This document shows, in pieces, positions 45,563 to 57,677 of a stretch of DNA of 64,000 nucleotides. The notes below the pieces were generated by a model, which was not told the DNA's origin, made no database searches, and saw only the letters and a list, made by a program, of their open reading frames with translations. Location of the stretch: IMG/VR virus record IMGVR_UViG_3300009034_000001, positions 177,415 to 241,414 of that record; one strand, given 5' to 3'. Each line of letters starts with the position of its first letter. The first letter of the stretch is position 1. Position numbers and translations under genes: made by a program.

Positions 45563-45586
45563 CTCTTTTAAATATACTCCGTACTG

Positions 45587-45892
45587 TTACGCGTACATCC
45601 GCCATACCTCTCCGTTAAAAAGGTCACTAACAAAATATTCGATATCACAACCTCTTTTCTTATAACATTCCGTAGTTAACTTGGAAAAGCCTCCTGACGA
45701 TAAATAGATGTCAGTACCCATAGTAAATTCTTCCATGTGAACACAATCTCTTCCAAATGGAACGGCATAACATCTAATCCTAATGCCCTTCTTTAATAAA
45801 TGTCTCTGGTCGTGACGCACTTGAGTCCAATAACAATCGACAGGTGACTGTTCCTTCATGTATCTATCTCTTAAAGTAGGTTCGCCGCACAA
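45587..45892 (-). CDS. Family C paralog 6
   Basis: Family motifs. Confidence 0.88.
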   Translation of the reverse strand: MCGEPTLRDRYMKEQSPVDCYWTQVRHDQRHLLKKGIRIRCYAVPFGRDCVHMEEFTMGTDIYLSSGGFSKLTTECYKKRGCDIEYFVSDLFNGEVWRMYA

Positions 45893-45916
45893 TTTCTTTC
45901 ACCTCCTTTATTCTCA

Positions 45917-46222
45917 CTAAATATCTTTACTTTTTATCCACACCTCTCCGTTAAACAGATCACTAACAAAGCGTACGTCACTGTAGCCGTATTCCCTATA
46001 GTATTGAATGGTTTTTAAGTTAGTGCCCTTTCCCAAATAGATATCTGTGGCCATAGTGAATTCTTCCACGATGACTTCTTGAGTTCCAATTGGTATAATG
46101 TAACGCCTTACCCTAGTGCCACTCTTTAATAAATGTCTTTTGTTATAGGGTACACATTTCCAGTTGTCATTATCGTATGTCTCCCTGAGATGCCGATCCC
46201 TTAAACAAGGTTTGTCACACAT
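45917..46222 (-). CDS. Family C paralog 7
   Basis: Family motifs. Confidence 0.88.
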   Translation of the reverse strand: MCDKPCLRDRHLRETYDNDNWKCVPYNKRHLLKSGTRVRRYIIPIGTQEVIVEEFTMATDIYLGKGTNLKTIQYYREYGYSDVRFVSDLFNGEVWIKSKDI

Positions 46223-46273
46223 ATCTTTTCACCCCCTTTTAGGTCTGATTGTCGAACCAATCACTATTAATCA

Positions 46274-46343
46274 ATACCGGAACACCCGCCACCGTATCGG
46301 CGCGCCACGGCATTTAACCGCCGAATAACAAGTGTTCCGGTAT
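46274..46343. repeat. 12-bp perfect inverted repeat enclosing a GC-rich sub-hairpin
   Basis: ataccggaacac (46274-46285) and gtgttccggtat (46332-46343). Confidence 0.85.
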
Positions 46344-46351
46344 ATCTTTCT

Positions 46352-46516
46352 TTAACCAAATAATGGATGTTCCGATATATCTTTCTTTTCGCCGTCCCCA
46401 ATGGTTCCTACGGATCCCCAAAATATCTTACCCGCAAGGTGAAAACCCAACCCAAATGCAAACCCAAGTACCACGGTAAGTCCAAACAAAACCGCCAATT
46501 CATGTACATCAAACAT
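46352..46516 (-). CDS. Small membrane protein (54 aa, below the ORF-track cutoff)
   Basis: GGAGG RBS; MFDVHELAVLFGLTVVLGFAFGLGFHLAGKIFWG... Confidence 0.6.
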   Translation of the reverse strand: MFDVHELAVLFGLTVVLGFAFGLGFHLAGKIFWGSVGTIGDGEKKDISEHPLFG

Positions 46517-48600
46517 CTTTACCCTCCTTTTTTGGCTCTACGTTAATCAGTACCGTGCCGGAAGCATAAACGACTTTTCCATCTTTATAATGTACTTCCC
46601 AAAAAGGGTTGTTTGGCTCTGGTGTACATATATGAGTAATGCCGCCAGTCACCAAGAGTCTGTCCCCAACCCTAAAGGTCATTACTACTTTATTTTCCTT
46701 TTCTATTTCAATAAATTCTCGACTCATAATTCTATGCCTCCTGCCAAAGTTTTTTTTACTCATACTAAATAGCTTGAAGCCTTAACCCGAGTTCTTCTTT
46801 TGTAAGATGAAGTTCATCTATTCTCTTTTTTGACTTATACACTATCCCAAATCCCGTCCCGTCTACAAACAGTAGTCTGAAGTCCTCGAATTCGTTTGAA
46901 TGTTTATTTAGGCTTGCTAACATCTGTTTTTCATCTAGCGCCTTTGATAACCGCCACATACTCTACCCTCCTAAAATGGCTTTTAGACATCTTCCCCTTC
47001 GCCTGCATCTAACACGGCCAGTTTCTATATTTTGCAAATAACACTCCGCATTATAAGTTCGCGGTTTAGTAAATCCCGGTCCCCCGTTCTTATAAGCAAC
47101 GTCCGACAATTGCATGTAGCTCGGGACAGATATCATAGTAAAGAATCTTCTTACCCGTTGCCATAACCCCTCCACGCCTCTAGAATCTTTTCATAACCAC
47201 CGGACAATCACCTTCATAACAAACACACTTACCCGCATCGACGCACGTAAAGTTTGTTACCTCCGTTACCGCGTTATCAAGATCCTCTTCAAGCATCTCG
47301 CTTAGGTTGTAACGAATGTCTTCTACCTCAATGTCATCCGTGGCTCTAATGATAAAAGTTCTCATAATCACCAACCTCCTCGGTACCCTACCTCCTCATC
47401 TCCTTACCACCCCCCTGCATTTTTTTTGCAAAAAGCTCCATACCACCACGGCCCGATATGAAAACGTCCCCGGCTTGATGGGGCTTCCTACGCAGTATCC
47501 GAATAAGTGGCACTAAAACACCGGAAATCAAGGGGGCCTCTGACGCTCTAGGGCACCTCTGAACTAAAGAACTGTAACTCTGTAGAACTAATGATCTGAT
47601 CACCTGTCTCTCCTATTCTACTTCTGTATCTGAGCAAGAGGGTGCTTGAACTCTAACATGGCAAAATCTGCCACATCTACCAAATACTTTTTATTTCCTG
47701 TTGATAAATACTTCCCCAAGCGAGCTATCAAGCAGTTTATATGATTGTATTCGGGATGTGTTTTTATATACTCTTCATTCGCGCCGTACTTCCTAAGACC
47801 GTGCCTTGAAGTATAGTATATCATTTCTCCGATAAACTCTGCTGAGATTTCTCTGCTCTCCTTTTGGGTCATCTGACCGAGCATTTCTATTAATCGAGTA
47901 ATCATATTAGCTTACCTCCTCTCGCTTCTTATCAAAAGAAGCCTTATCTCTGTAGTTCTTTATCTTCTTATTGCATGTATAGCAATACTTCGCACCTTCT
48001 TTTATATAGAACTGATAGATTCTTCCTTTGTGCTCACAATTCACTTGCTTATTCCTTTTTAGTCTCTGATTGTCAGAAAAAACCATCCTCACCATCTAGC
48101 CTCGACAGAATGTCCTCAGCGATGTTGTCAAGAGCCTCACTGTAAAAATCATAACCATAAGCCAGATCGTCTACATACTCACACAAAACCTGCTTAATAA
48201 TTCTTATCTTCTCATTCTTTGTCATGGCTGGATCCTTCCCGTATATCTTCTTTTTGTTACTCTTTCTTTCATGGTATACCTCCTTCTTTCTTTTCGACAT
48301 ACCATATTTCCACTGACCTTAACCAACCGTGGTCATTGTATATAGTGTGCACCCTTATAATCTTAATGTCTTTCCGTTCCAGGAATCCCTTGACCTTTTC
48401 ACGGAACTCATGCTTACCCCTGAAAGTTAATTCGATTTCTAGGAAGTAGACTTTTACATCCTCTTCTTCGATTTCCGTCATACAGGTGGTACACCTTAAA
48501 TTCATCCTGGCCAGAGCATCATTGAATCCTATTGAAAGTCCAACCAGTGCTACAATCAGAACAAAAATTAGTATCAATTTTTTCATTATACACCTCCTCT

Positions 48601-48807
48601 CTAAAATTGATATAATATGTAAACCAAGCCTAAGAGAATAATCAGAACGAACCAAAGTAAACCTGCTTCTATTCTGCTTTGGCTATTTGTATCCTTACCC
48701 TCTTCAGTCCAGCAATACTTCCAGCTACAGTTGCTACAGTGATCATCTGGGTAGCCTAAGACAACTTTGCCAGAACAGAGAGGACAGACATCATGTAACT
48801 TAAACAT
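48601..48807 (-). CDS. Zn-ribbon plus TM protein (paralog of 36899-37129)
   Basis: CPLCSG....GYPDDHCSNCSW plus C-terminal TM helix. Confidence 0.65.
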   Translation of the reverse strand: MFKLHDVCPLCSGKVVLGYPDDHCSNCSWKYCWTEEGKDTNSQSRIEAGLLWFVLIILLGLVYILYQF

Positions 48808-50312
48808 CTCTATACCTCCTGTCTGTAGATATTCTTCTTTGTATCTCTACACATCATGATACTCTTGCCGCCTTTCATAATAAAGCCTGCCCTCTTCAGC
48901 TCATTCAAAACAAATATAGCTGGATGCTCGGCGGTTCGAATCTCATCGATAGTGAGTATACACTCTCTATAACTTTTCTGTTCCATACCTCCCCTCTACA
49001 TCTTGTTTGTTATTTTTGTTGCACCTGTTATCTCATCATATTCCTCGGCGTACCCTATTCGTTCTATCGTAACGATTACATCAACATCTGATAACTTGAG
49101 ACCTTCTATCTCAGCTACCACTTGCTGCATGGTGCCAATCAGAACTGTCCTCTCACCCTCTACATCAAATCTTTTTGCCATGTTCATGCCTCCTTACAAG
49201 TTCAAATCACTTCTCCTTCTTTAACTCACGTAGGATATCATCTAACAGGTCAGTAGCATCATCTAACTTGAAGAAAATGAGTAATCCTATAATGCACATT
49301 ACTAGTTCCATGTCTTATCTAGCCCCCTTTAGCTTTTTAGAAGGTTTTGTTCTGTTCCATTTATTTTTTCTCTGTACCATAACTTTAATCATTCGATAAT
49401 CCCCATGAGGAAAAAGATTGCTCATTTCTTTCACACACTGTTCAGCCAATACTTTGGATGGAAAAATTGCATAACTGTTCTCATAAAGAATTATGTGGTT
49501 CCAAAGAATAACCGCATAAGCCCATTCCTTTGCAGGATTAATCATATAGCCACAAAACTTTATTGGTTTATCACCTTTCATCTTTCTAACCTGTCTTCAA
49601 TTAACTTATGTACATATCCCAGTTCTATTATCTCACCCTCTATAACCCTAATGTACGATCTTACTGAAAACTCTCCGATAGCTGGATAACGATCTGTAAT
49701 GATTTCTACTATTCTATCTTTAGAATATGCAGCTTCCCATAGCTCCAATATATCTTCTCGAATCTGTTTATCCATAGATATTTACCTCACCTTCACTTCT
49801 TTTTATCCCAAAGTTTCTTAGCTTTAGCAGTTTCTGTAGGATGAACCCCTTCTAAATGTTTTCTAATATCTTTAAGCGATTTAAAGTGACTTAACCCACA
49901 TAGTTTGCATGTGTAAGTATTGAACGTCAGAATCATCTTAGTTACCTCCTTAAACCTGCTTGTTTCAGTCTGAGGAGTAGTTCTCTATGAAAAATTTTGT
50001 GCTCCTCGGCGCTACCCCAATCAACACCAGTACTATTAAGATAATCGTTGCCAAGATTTGTATATAGATGGTCTAATACAAATTTACCTATCGCGTGCCA
50101 ATTATAGCTCTTCCGAGGAGGTGTTTTGTTAGGATATCTCTTCAAAACCAGTGGATCCATAAAGTTATCTTTCCTTTCATCTTCCATAAAGTTTCACCTC
50201 CCAAATAAGCAAGGTAGGTGGCTAAATAGGCGATCCTTTCATATACCCTCATCCAACCACCCAAAGCTTCCGTTTCCTATGCCACCTACCCGTGTAAAAC
50301 ATCTTGCCGATG

Positions 50313-50570
50313 TTAACTCGAAGCAAGTTCTGCGAACTTTGCTTCAATTACAACGTTTAGCCCTAGTAGCCATGTTATCTCTTCGTGGGACAGTCGTCCA
50401 ACCTTACCTTCTTTCATCTTGCCTTCCTTATCCGCCCAATACCTAGGTCCTATCTGGAACCTTAAAGGCCCGTTGTTGTAAGTACAGATAGATGCACTAA
50501 GAATAGGTATCCCATCTTTCTCGAGGGTTTCCATCCAATAAGTTTTATTCTTCTGTGGATCGAACGCCAT
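50313..50570 (-). CDS. PC4/YdbC-like protein (paralog of 9367-9645)
   Basis: PILSASI.TYNNG..RFQIGPRY...EGKVGRLS..E. Confidence 0.5.
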   Translation of the reverse strand: MAFDPQKNKTYWMETLEKDGIPILSASICTYNNGPLRFQIGPRYWADKEGKMKEGKVGRLSHEEITWLLGLNVVIEAKFAELASS

Positions 50571-53500
50571 AGTATTTTACCTCCTTTATGATTTATAATT
50601 CAATACTTCCTTTACAAACTGATCTCCAAGTTTATCTTCGGTCTCAGAACTAAGTAGTCTGCCAAAAACAGGCGGAGCCCACACGTACACCTTTATCTTT
50701 TCTGATGCACGTAAACTCTCACCCCAGCTGTTATGTACCAACGTAACAACGCCGTTCCAGAAACAAATTACATTGTCATCATCAATCCAAAGGAACGATC
50801 CTGATGGGTGGTTTGGATGCCTTAAAGCATTATCTAACAGTTCAAGTACGTCTGTGTCCTTGTCAAACCAATACTTTAAAATATAACCTGCTTGCACATT
50901 ACCTCACCTCCTTCCAATAGGATCTTTTAGTTTATCTAGTGGCGCTAGTTCATAGGTTAATCTTATTTCATTCACTTTATCTAGCGTCAGTTGTTCTTCT
51001 GCGGTATAATAAGACAAGCCACATTCTATACACTTCCCACTCTCAGATGGATGTGGTTCCACATCTGAATAGGTCATTAAAGTATAAACGCCCCCACACC
51101 TTAAGCAGTTTGTAGAATCACTGTATCCAGACATGTTGTTATCACCCCCTTATGTTAGCTTCCCCAAAACTTCTTCAGCTGACTTACCAGTAATTTCTTC
51201 AGCCCATGCAATAGCATCATTCCACCAATACATAACTAAGTCGAAGATTCCTTCTAGCCTGGGGTCTAAGTTCTGTTCCTTTAGAGCTTCAGTAATAGAT
51301 TCAGACAAGGTTTTAGAATATTCTCCTGGAAAGTATATTGCTAAAGGATCTTTTTCTTCTGCTGGTTCCTTGTAACTTGCCTCACGAATCTGGGCTGACC
51401 TAAAGATTACATTAGCTATTTCCAACAGTGTGATTGTTTCTGACAAATTACTCACCTCCTTTCCTAAGCTACTTTTACTAAAACTAACTCCAACTTCCCA
51501 TGGCTAAACCTCGCAAGAGTTATACCCTTGCTTTCCGACAAAATTTGAAGCTTATTAACTGAGATAAACCCCACTAACTCGGCTGATGCCTTAAAAGATG
51601 CTCTCCGATCATAGTACATGTCAATATACCTAATTTTTACTTTGTATCTATCCGAAATAGTATCGTATAATACTTCCTCTACGATACAATCAGCATATCC
51701 ATCAGCACGTAATCTCACAAGGACTTCATTATTCTTTTTTAAATTACTTGCCTTTAAAACATGCGACATTCCCTTCCACCTCCTTTTCTTAACTAACCGC
51801 CATTTACTATATCCTCCAGTGACACAACACCCACACCCTGTTGTGTTCTTTCTAGGATACTATGTTTATTCGAAGGATTGTCAAGATCCTTAACGTCCGC
51901 CGTCAAAACTTCACAACCCGCAGCTGTCAGTTGGTCCACAAGGTCGACAATTCCACTTTCCCAAACAGCTTCAACACCAGAAATACGGAACCAATAGAAA
52001 GTGCACTTACCACTTGAACGCGGCACAGGTACTAGCCGAACTTCTCCCGAGTATTCAATATGTAATCCCCAACTAGGAGCAGAGAACAATGCCATCCAAT
52101 GATGTAACTTATGGCTCCCTTTAGTTACTACATCGAAAGGCATCCAACCTTCTATTTGCACACGATGACAATTTGCCATACTTATGTCACCCCCTTCTAT
52201 ATTCTACCTGTAAATAAAAGATAAAACACAACAGCAGCAAAACAACTATATAGTACCATAAACACTTTATTAGGCCACGTCCATATCTTATCTTCTTTTC
52301 TAGTCCAATTTCTTTTCACGCTTTACCTCCTCGCCTTTAATGAAACTTAAATGCGGAATTATAAGGAACAGCTCTCTTTGCCGCATCTTCTGCGGCAATC
52401 ATGCTATTTACTTCCTTAGCGGAGAAGTGGAATAAACGATGTTGATTAGTATCGCCTTGCTTAACAGCTATTTGATAACACTCTTCACAAATCCGTTTCT
52501 GTAAGTCTTCAGTTAAGCCTACGTTGTCCATTATTTGTACGCCTTCGGGTCCGACAAGTACCGATACAGTATTAGGTAGTTGTAGAAGCTCCTCAATTGA
52601 CAACTTCTCCAACTCACTGTCACAACTGTTACACTTTTTTACTTCTTTGTTTTCCACGTAACACCTCCTTTAATGACGACGGACCAACAATGCCTCTTCC
52701 AGAAAGAAAGAATGGAAATTCTGAATCTTTATAAATACTCAGTGGCCATAATACGGCTTTGCCTACAATAAGTGTGTAATCCATTGCATCAATCAGTTCC
52801 GGTGAATGTAAAGTCAGATTATAATAAGATGTCACTTTAGAAGCTGGGAAGAACCTTAGGCCAATGTTATTACCCAGCCTTTTCAATTCCGGCATGCGAT
52901 ATGCCATTCTTTACCACCTCCTCTTCCTTCTATATAGTAACCGGAAGACCAAGTAGTATATACAGAACGAAAATAAAAAGGAAATTCCAACACTTTCAAT
53001 AAAGATCTTCCACATTGTTTATTCACCTCCCGTCAAACTTAATCTTTAAACATTAAAGGAAACGCACGTCTATCGAAACCATATCTCTCAATTTGGTTAA
53101 ACCTTACCTCTGAAAGCCAGAAACCTTTCTTTGGTTTCTTAAACCCAAGTTTATAATCCAAATAATCCTTCAACGCTAGAGCTGTCTCATCTTCAATCTC
53201 TTTTTTAATTTGCTGGGCTCGTCCTTGATGTTTATGAACTTTCTTTGTAGCTTTATTAAGTTCGTGTTCCCTTATTACGTCTAACAACCTTTTAAATGTC
53301 ATAAACTACCTCCCGCACCTGGAGTTCTTTTTAAAGACTTTGTTCAGTGAGTCACAAATGTCTGTACACATTCTGTCATTCACCTTGCCATCAACAAAGG
53401 GACCCCTGCCAGTAGTTTTAACACTTAGGTAGTCAATTAGCCAAACAATGTGTTCCCCTGCCAAAGGAACCATATACACTTGTTTTTGATTAAGGCCCAT

Positions 53501-53588
53501 TGTTACACCTCCCCATCGTTTTCCTTTTTGGAATGTAGGGAGCTCTTTAAAGAGCCCCCTACTCAGTCAGGTCACCCCGGTGAGGGTT

Positions 53589-53930
53589 TTACTTCGTCAA
53601 GTAAGCACGGTTACCCACGCGGATTATCTGGCCGCCGTCGATCTTCTTGTACTCATTCCGGATGTACAGCACGATTTGGTTTGTGAACTTCTTCAGGTCA
53701 CCTACCTCGGCTGTGTCCAATGTTGCTACCACCTCATCGGCAAAGTCTCTCAGCTGCACGGCATCGCCATCTTCCATCCGATTCCACAGAGCCTTTACTT
53801 CGGCCCTGACCTTTGTGGAAGTACAATTCTCGAAGTTTCTCTTGGAACCGTTTTTGGATTCGCGGGCCTCAACCTGCTCTTCGTGATCCTTGACAACCTC
53901 GTCCAATTTTTTGAATCCGTTCTCTGCCAT
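53589..53930 (-). CDS. Family D protein (possible winged helix)
   Basis: FKKLDEVV..HE...ST.VR.EVK...GD.VQLRDF...LYIRNE...GG.I.RVGNRAYLT. Confidence 0.8.
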   Translation of the reverse strand: MAENGFKKLDEVVKDHEEQVEARESKNGSKRNFENCTSTKVRAEVKALWNRMEDGDAVQLRDFADEVVATLDTAEVGDLKKFTNQIVLYIRNEYKKIDGGQIIRVGNRAYLTK

Positions 53931-54234
53931 CTTGTATCACCTCCTTTATACTCAGTACCCTGAGTTTATTTATTAACCGAAACTTCATATTATGCCTTAT
54001 CCTTATCCTTATCCTCATCCGTTGCCAAAAGGTCTTCCTCAGCCTTTACAGCCAAGTTCAAATACTTTTCAGCCTTCTTATCATCTCCCTCCGCCTCGGA
54101 CTTGAGAGCCACTGCAAAGGCAAGTTTCACTTTTAACGGAAGATCCCTAACGCCAATTTCCTCTTTAATTGCCAAAATTTCCAATGCCATCTTTAATCAC
54201 CCCCCACAAGTTAATGTTTTATTTTTATATAATA

Positions 54235-54289
54235 AATATAATTATCACCACGGCCGAACCTCAAGCGGGACCAAAATATATTTTTGTAC
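54235..54289 (-). promoter_or_regulatory. Repeated early promoter, copy 5
   Basis: GTACAAAAATATATTTT-GGTCC-N3-TTGAGG-N18-TATATT. Confidence 0.85.
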
Positions 54290-55695
54290 GTAGGTATAAT
54301 AAATGTCCTTTATAATTTCATACAACCAACCTCGATTTCTTGCACAAGATTCAATAACTCATTACCTCACTATTTTAATTTGAACCTTTTGGGCCCGAGT
54401 AACCTAACACCAAGGTTTAAAACCCATCTGGCAAATAAACTTAATAGTAGGACAACCGTTGTGCCAAATTAGTTTTCCGGATGGATAAATGCCAAGCCCA
54501 GCTTCAGCAGAGAACAGTACATACTTATCAACATCTGGACAATAACCAACGATACAATAGTTTTCCTTATGTCCAGAAGCTATTTCACAATCGAAGTCAA
54601 CGCCAATTGAAATAGCTAATACATTGCCAGTTCTATCCTCAGCCCGGAATATCTCAGGTTTGGACCTTGGGAACTGCTTAGTCAAGTCTTCAGCCAATCG
54701 TCCTATTGCTTGTTCTGCACTCTTTAACGACACTATTCTCACCTCCTCTTAACCGTACTTCCATACATTGGCTAACTCATTAAGTTGTTTAGCCAGAACC
54801 TGCATAGCATCCCAAACAATCCTTGGTTCGTGAGTATTGTGTTTCTGAAACCACACAACCCAATCCGTCAGCTGTTCGGCAACCAGGACACCCTTGTCCT
54901 CACGTAAAGAATCGCTTAACTTTGGATGCTTCATTAGTTTAGAGAACTTGTTTATGCCGGGTATCATAACTACACCTCCTCTTCATCATTTTCTTCTCCC
55001 GGAGTTAATACACCTTCATGTTCCAATTGAGCTTTCAGGTTTGACAATGATTCATCAAGTTCCTGTAAAACTACTGACTTACCCTTTTTAATCATATCAT
55101 CAATATCGGGTAACTTAATCTCTTCTGACATGATGTGCACCTCCTTGCTTATCTGTCTTTATCTTATGGCACTTGTAACACCTAATCCAATCCGGGTGTT
55201 CTTCTTCATGACGTTTCTTCAAGAACCCGCCACAATCAATACACGTCTTTGTTTTACTCAGTTCATTATATGGGTAGCTCTTCTTTGGCATACTTTCTCA
55301 CCTCCTTTTTTCGTTAACCTCCCATACATGTAATCTCTGACCACCAAGGCCTGTATAAGCCGAAAGTATCACTATTGTTTTCAAGCCGATACATTTCGGT
55401 CTGCCAACATATATAACCCAACCAGCTCTCTTTGCCCTTGAATCTCCCTCCCCATAGTATTTATCCACATGGTAAGTTGCATTTCCAATTTTAGTCAACA
55501 ACCCAACTTCTTTCCAACTGTCTCTCAACTGACGAGCAAGTTTTAGATTCCGTGTGGTGAGCGTGTATAACTCATTACACACAGCAATTAAAAAATGTAC
55601 ATCCTGTTGAAAATTCTCTCTTCCTGTCCTCATAGCTTTAAACCTCCTTTTTTATATCCCCCTCAATTAATTTTTTTAGTTAAATTGTTTAATAT

Positions 55696-55749
55696 AATAT
55701 ACTACTTTTTAAAATTAACCTCAAGAGGGACCTAAAAATATTTTTGTAC
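55696..55749 (-). promoter_or_regulatory. Repeated early promoter, copy 6
   Basis: GTACAAAAATATTTTTA-GGTCC-N3-TTGAGG-N17-TATATT. Confidence 0.85.
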
Positions 55750-56444
55750 TAACGTTATTTGGTGCATCCTCTTTGCATCCTTTTTACCCTCCTTTTATTT
55801 TGTAGTCTTGTTACATCCAGAACCTTATCAAAGTTCCTTTACTTTAAGTTTGAACCTTTTTTGCTGATGATATCACCTCCTTTAAAATTTCTTGTCTTTA
55901 AACTTTGGAGTTTGATATAACATGTCAAGTACATCCTTGACAAGTAAATCAACCAAGCAATCTTTACAGACTACCATTGAACCATCCTCATCGAAACAGC
56001 GTGGATCCGAACCGCCCAAGTCAGTTATTGCTAAGTTAGTTTCATCAAACTCCGGTGGGTAAAGTTGTTCGACAATATGTGCCGTCCACTTATCCACCCA
56101 AGCATGATCCTCTTTACTAACATCTTCTAAACAAGTGAAACACTTGTAGTAGTTTACCAGTACAGCTGGCTTTAACTTTTCTTGTTTCACCGTTTTTTCA
56201 CCTCCTTTAAATTTCAAGTACTTTAGTAACCAAAAGTTGGCCAATGTTGTTTTCACCTCGGATATAGTCGCAGGCACTATTCCAATCATTTAGCTCCGCT
56301 AACTCTTCAGGAATCCAATGCGTAGCCTGCCTCATATAAGCAAGCATCTGTTCCTTTGCGCGCTCTTCCGTTGATTCAATAATAGCCGCCCGGATCTCGG
56401 TAGCATCATCGTTTAACATTATAGCCACATATACTGCCATAATC

Positions 56445-56939
56445 TTAATCACCTCCTTTATTACTTATTATTGTTTCTATCACTCGTGATACTTCCAAAA
56501 TGCATCGCTTCCATAACTCGGGATCCTTATACCCATGGAGATAGTTAATTTCAACGCTCCCATGTACGCCCTTTTTCCTTCCGGTCAATTCGCTCGGGAA
56601 GATTGACAACTGAACCGAAGCAACGCTCAGTAAACAGTAACGGCTTTGATTAAACGGAAATTGTTTACATACAGTCAAAAACCTAGTTAGCCTATTCAGA
56701 TCCACAGTAAAATTCACCCATGTTGGCCCTCGGTCCTCGCAATCAGGATGCCCCCAACAGCTAGCAAATGTTCTACAGCCAGGTAACTTGTTCATTGTTT
56801 GAACCAACTGCAGTATTTCTGGATCCATTGATACACCCCTAGTGTATAATCCCAATTTCTTCACCTCCCTTTCTTTAATTGATTTTTGTGTCTGGAAGCA
56901 AGTCAGCCATACTTTTAATCTCAATAACTTTTCCTTCAA
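56445..56939 (-). CDS. Protein with D..I..LV..N...T..SC.GH motif (TYW3-like; paralog of 19539-20048)
   Basis: MDPEILQLVQTMNKLPGCRTFASCWGH. Confidence 0.5.
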   Translation of the reverse strand: MKEKLLRLKVWLTCFQTQKSIKEREVKKLGLYTRGVSMDPEILQLVQTMNKLPGCRTFASCWGHPDCEDRGPTWVNFTVDLNRLTRFLTVCKQFPFNQSRYCLLSVASVQLSIFPSELTGRKKGVHGSVEINYLHGYKDPELWKRCILEVSRVIETIISNKGGD

Positions 56940-57677
56940 CTCTCAGGTCTCTAAGCGCCTTCACATATAGCACTTCCTTCTGGTACGGAACCATGCCCTT
57001 CTTGGTCTTCCGCTGTCGGGTCACTGTATACCTAATCCCATGAATATCTTTACAATCGTCGCACTGGAGAAAATCAATGTAACCTTGTTTGTACGGATTG
57101 TAAGTCCTGCCCTTTGATGGCTTCCTCAACTCATAAGGCTGGAAGACCACTTGAGTAACTCTTTTCTCCTGTTTACAGAAATTACATCTTGCATGTAGCA
57201 CGTTACCACCTCCCTTTATTTGCAGCCACACCCGATTGTTGACTCACACCCTGGTTTGAATTCAAAGGTATGGTCACAACAGTATTGTTTAATGTAAGCA
57301 TCATCCATGGACGTAAGGGTATTCCTTAACTTTTTCAACCCTTCCACTAAATCCTCGTCCGAGGATAGAAACCAGCTCACTTCAAGCCAGCGTTGCCCGT
57401 TTGTTTCTTTGATCCCTCTTTTAAGGATCCAACTTAGTGCTGCTTCCCTCTGGTCATTCATGAAAACTGACCTGCAGTATGGACACTTACTTGATGCCTC
57501 TGCGCCACATTTTTTACAATGACAGTTAGCCATGATATCACCTCCCCTCTTTACTTACTTTTTTGTTTGTAGTCTTTGTTGCCTGGAACCTCATTACTTC
57601 GTTCCTCACTTTAAAGTTTGAACCTTTTTTCGTTGTTTTGGGTGCCCCCTCTCCGGAGGCACCCGCACGAGTCAGGT

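Noticed and set aside
55790-55868. Small gene between promoter copy 6 and the 55882 ORF
   Set aside because: It is a frameshifted, stop-containing copy of the 57538-57640 sequence; a duplication remnant only.
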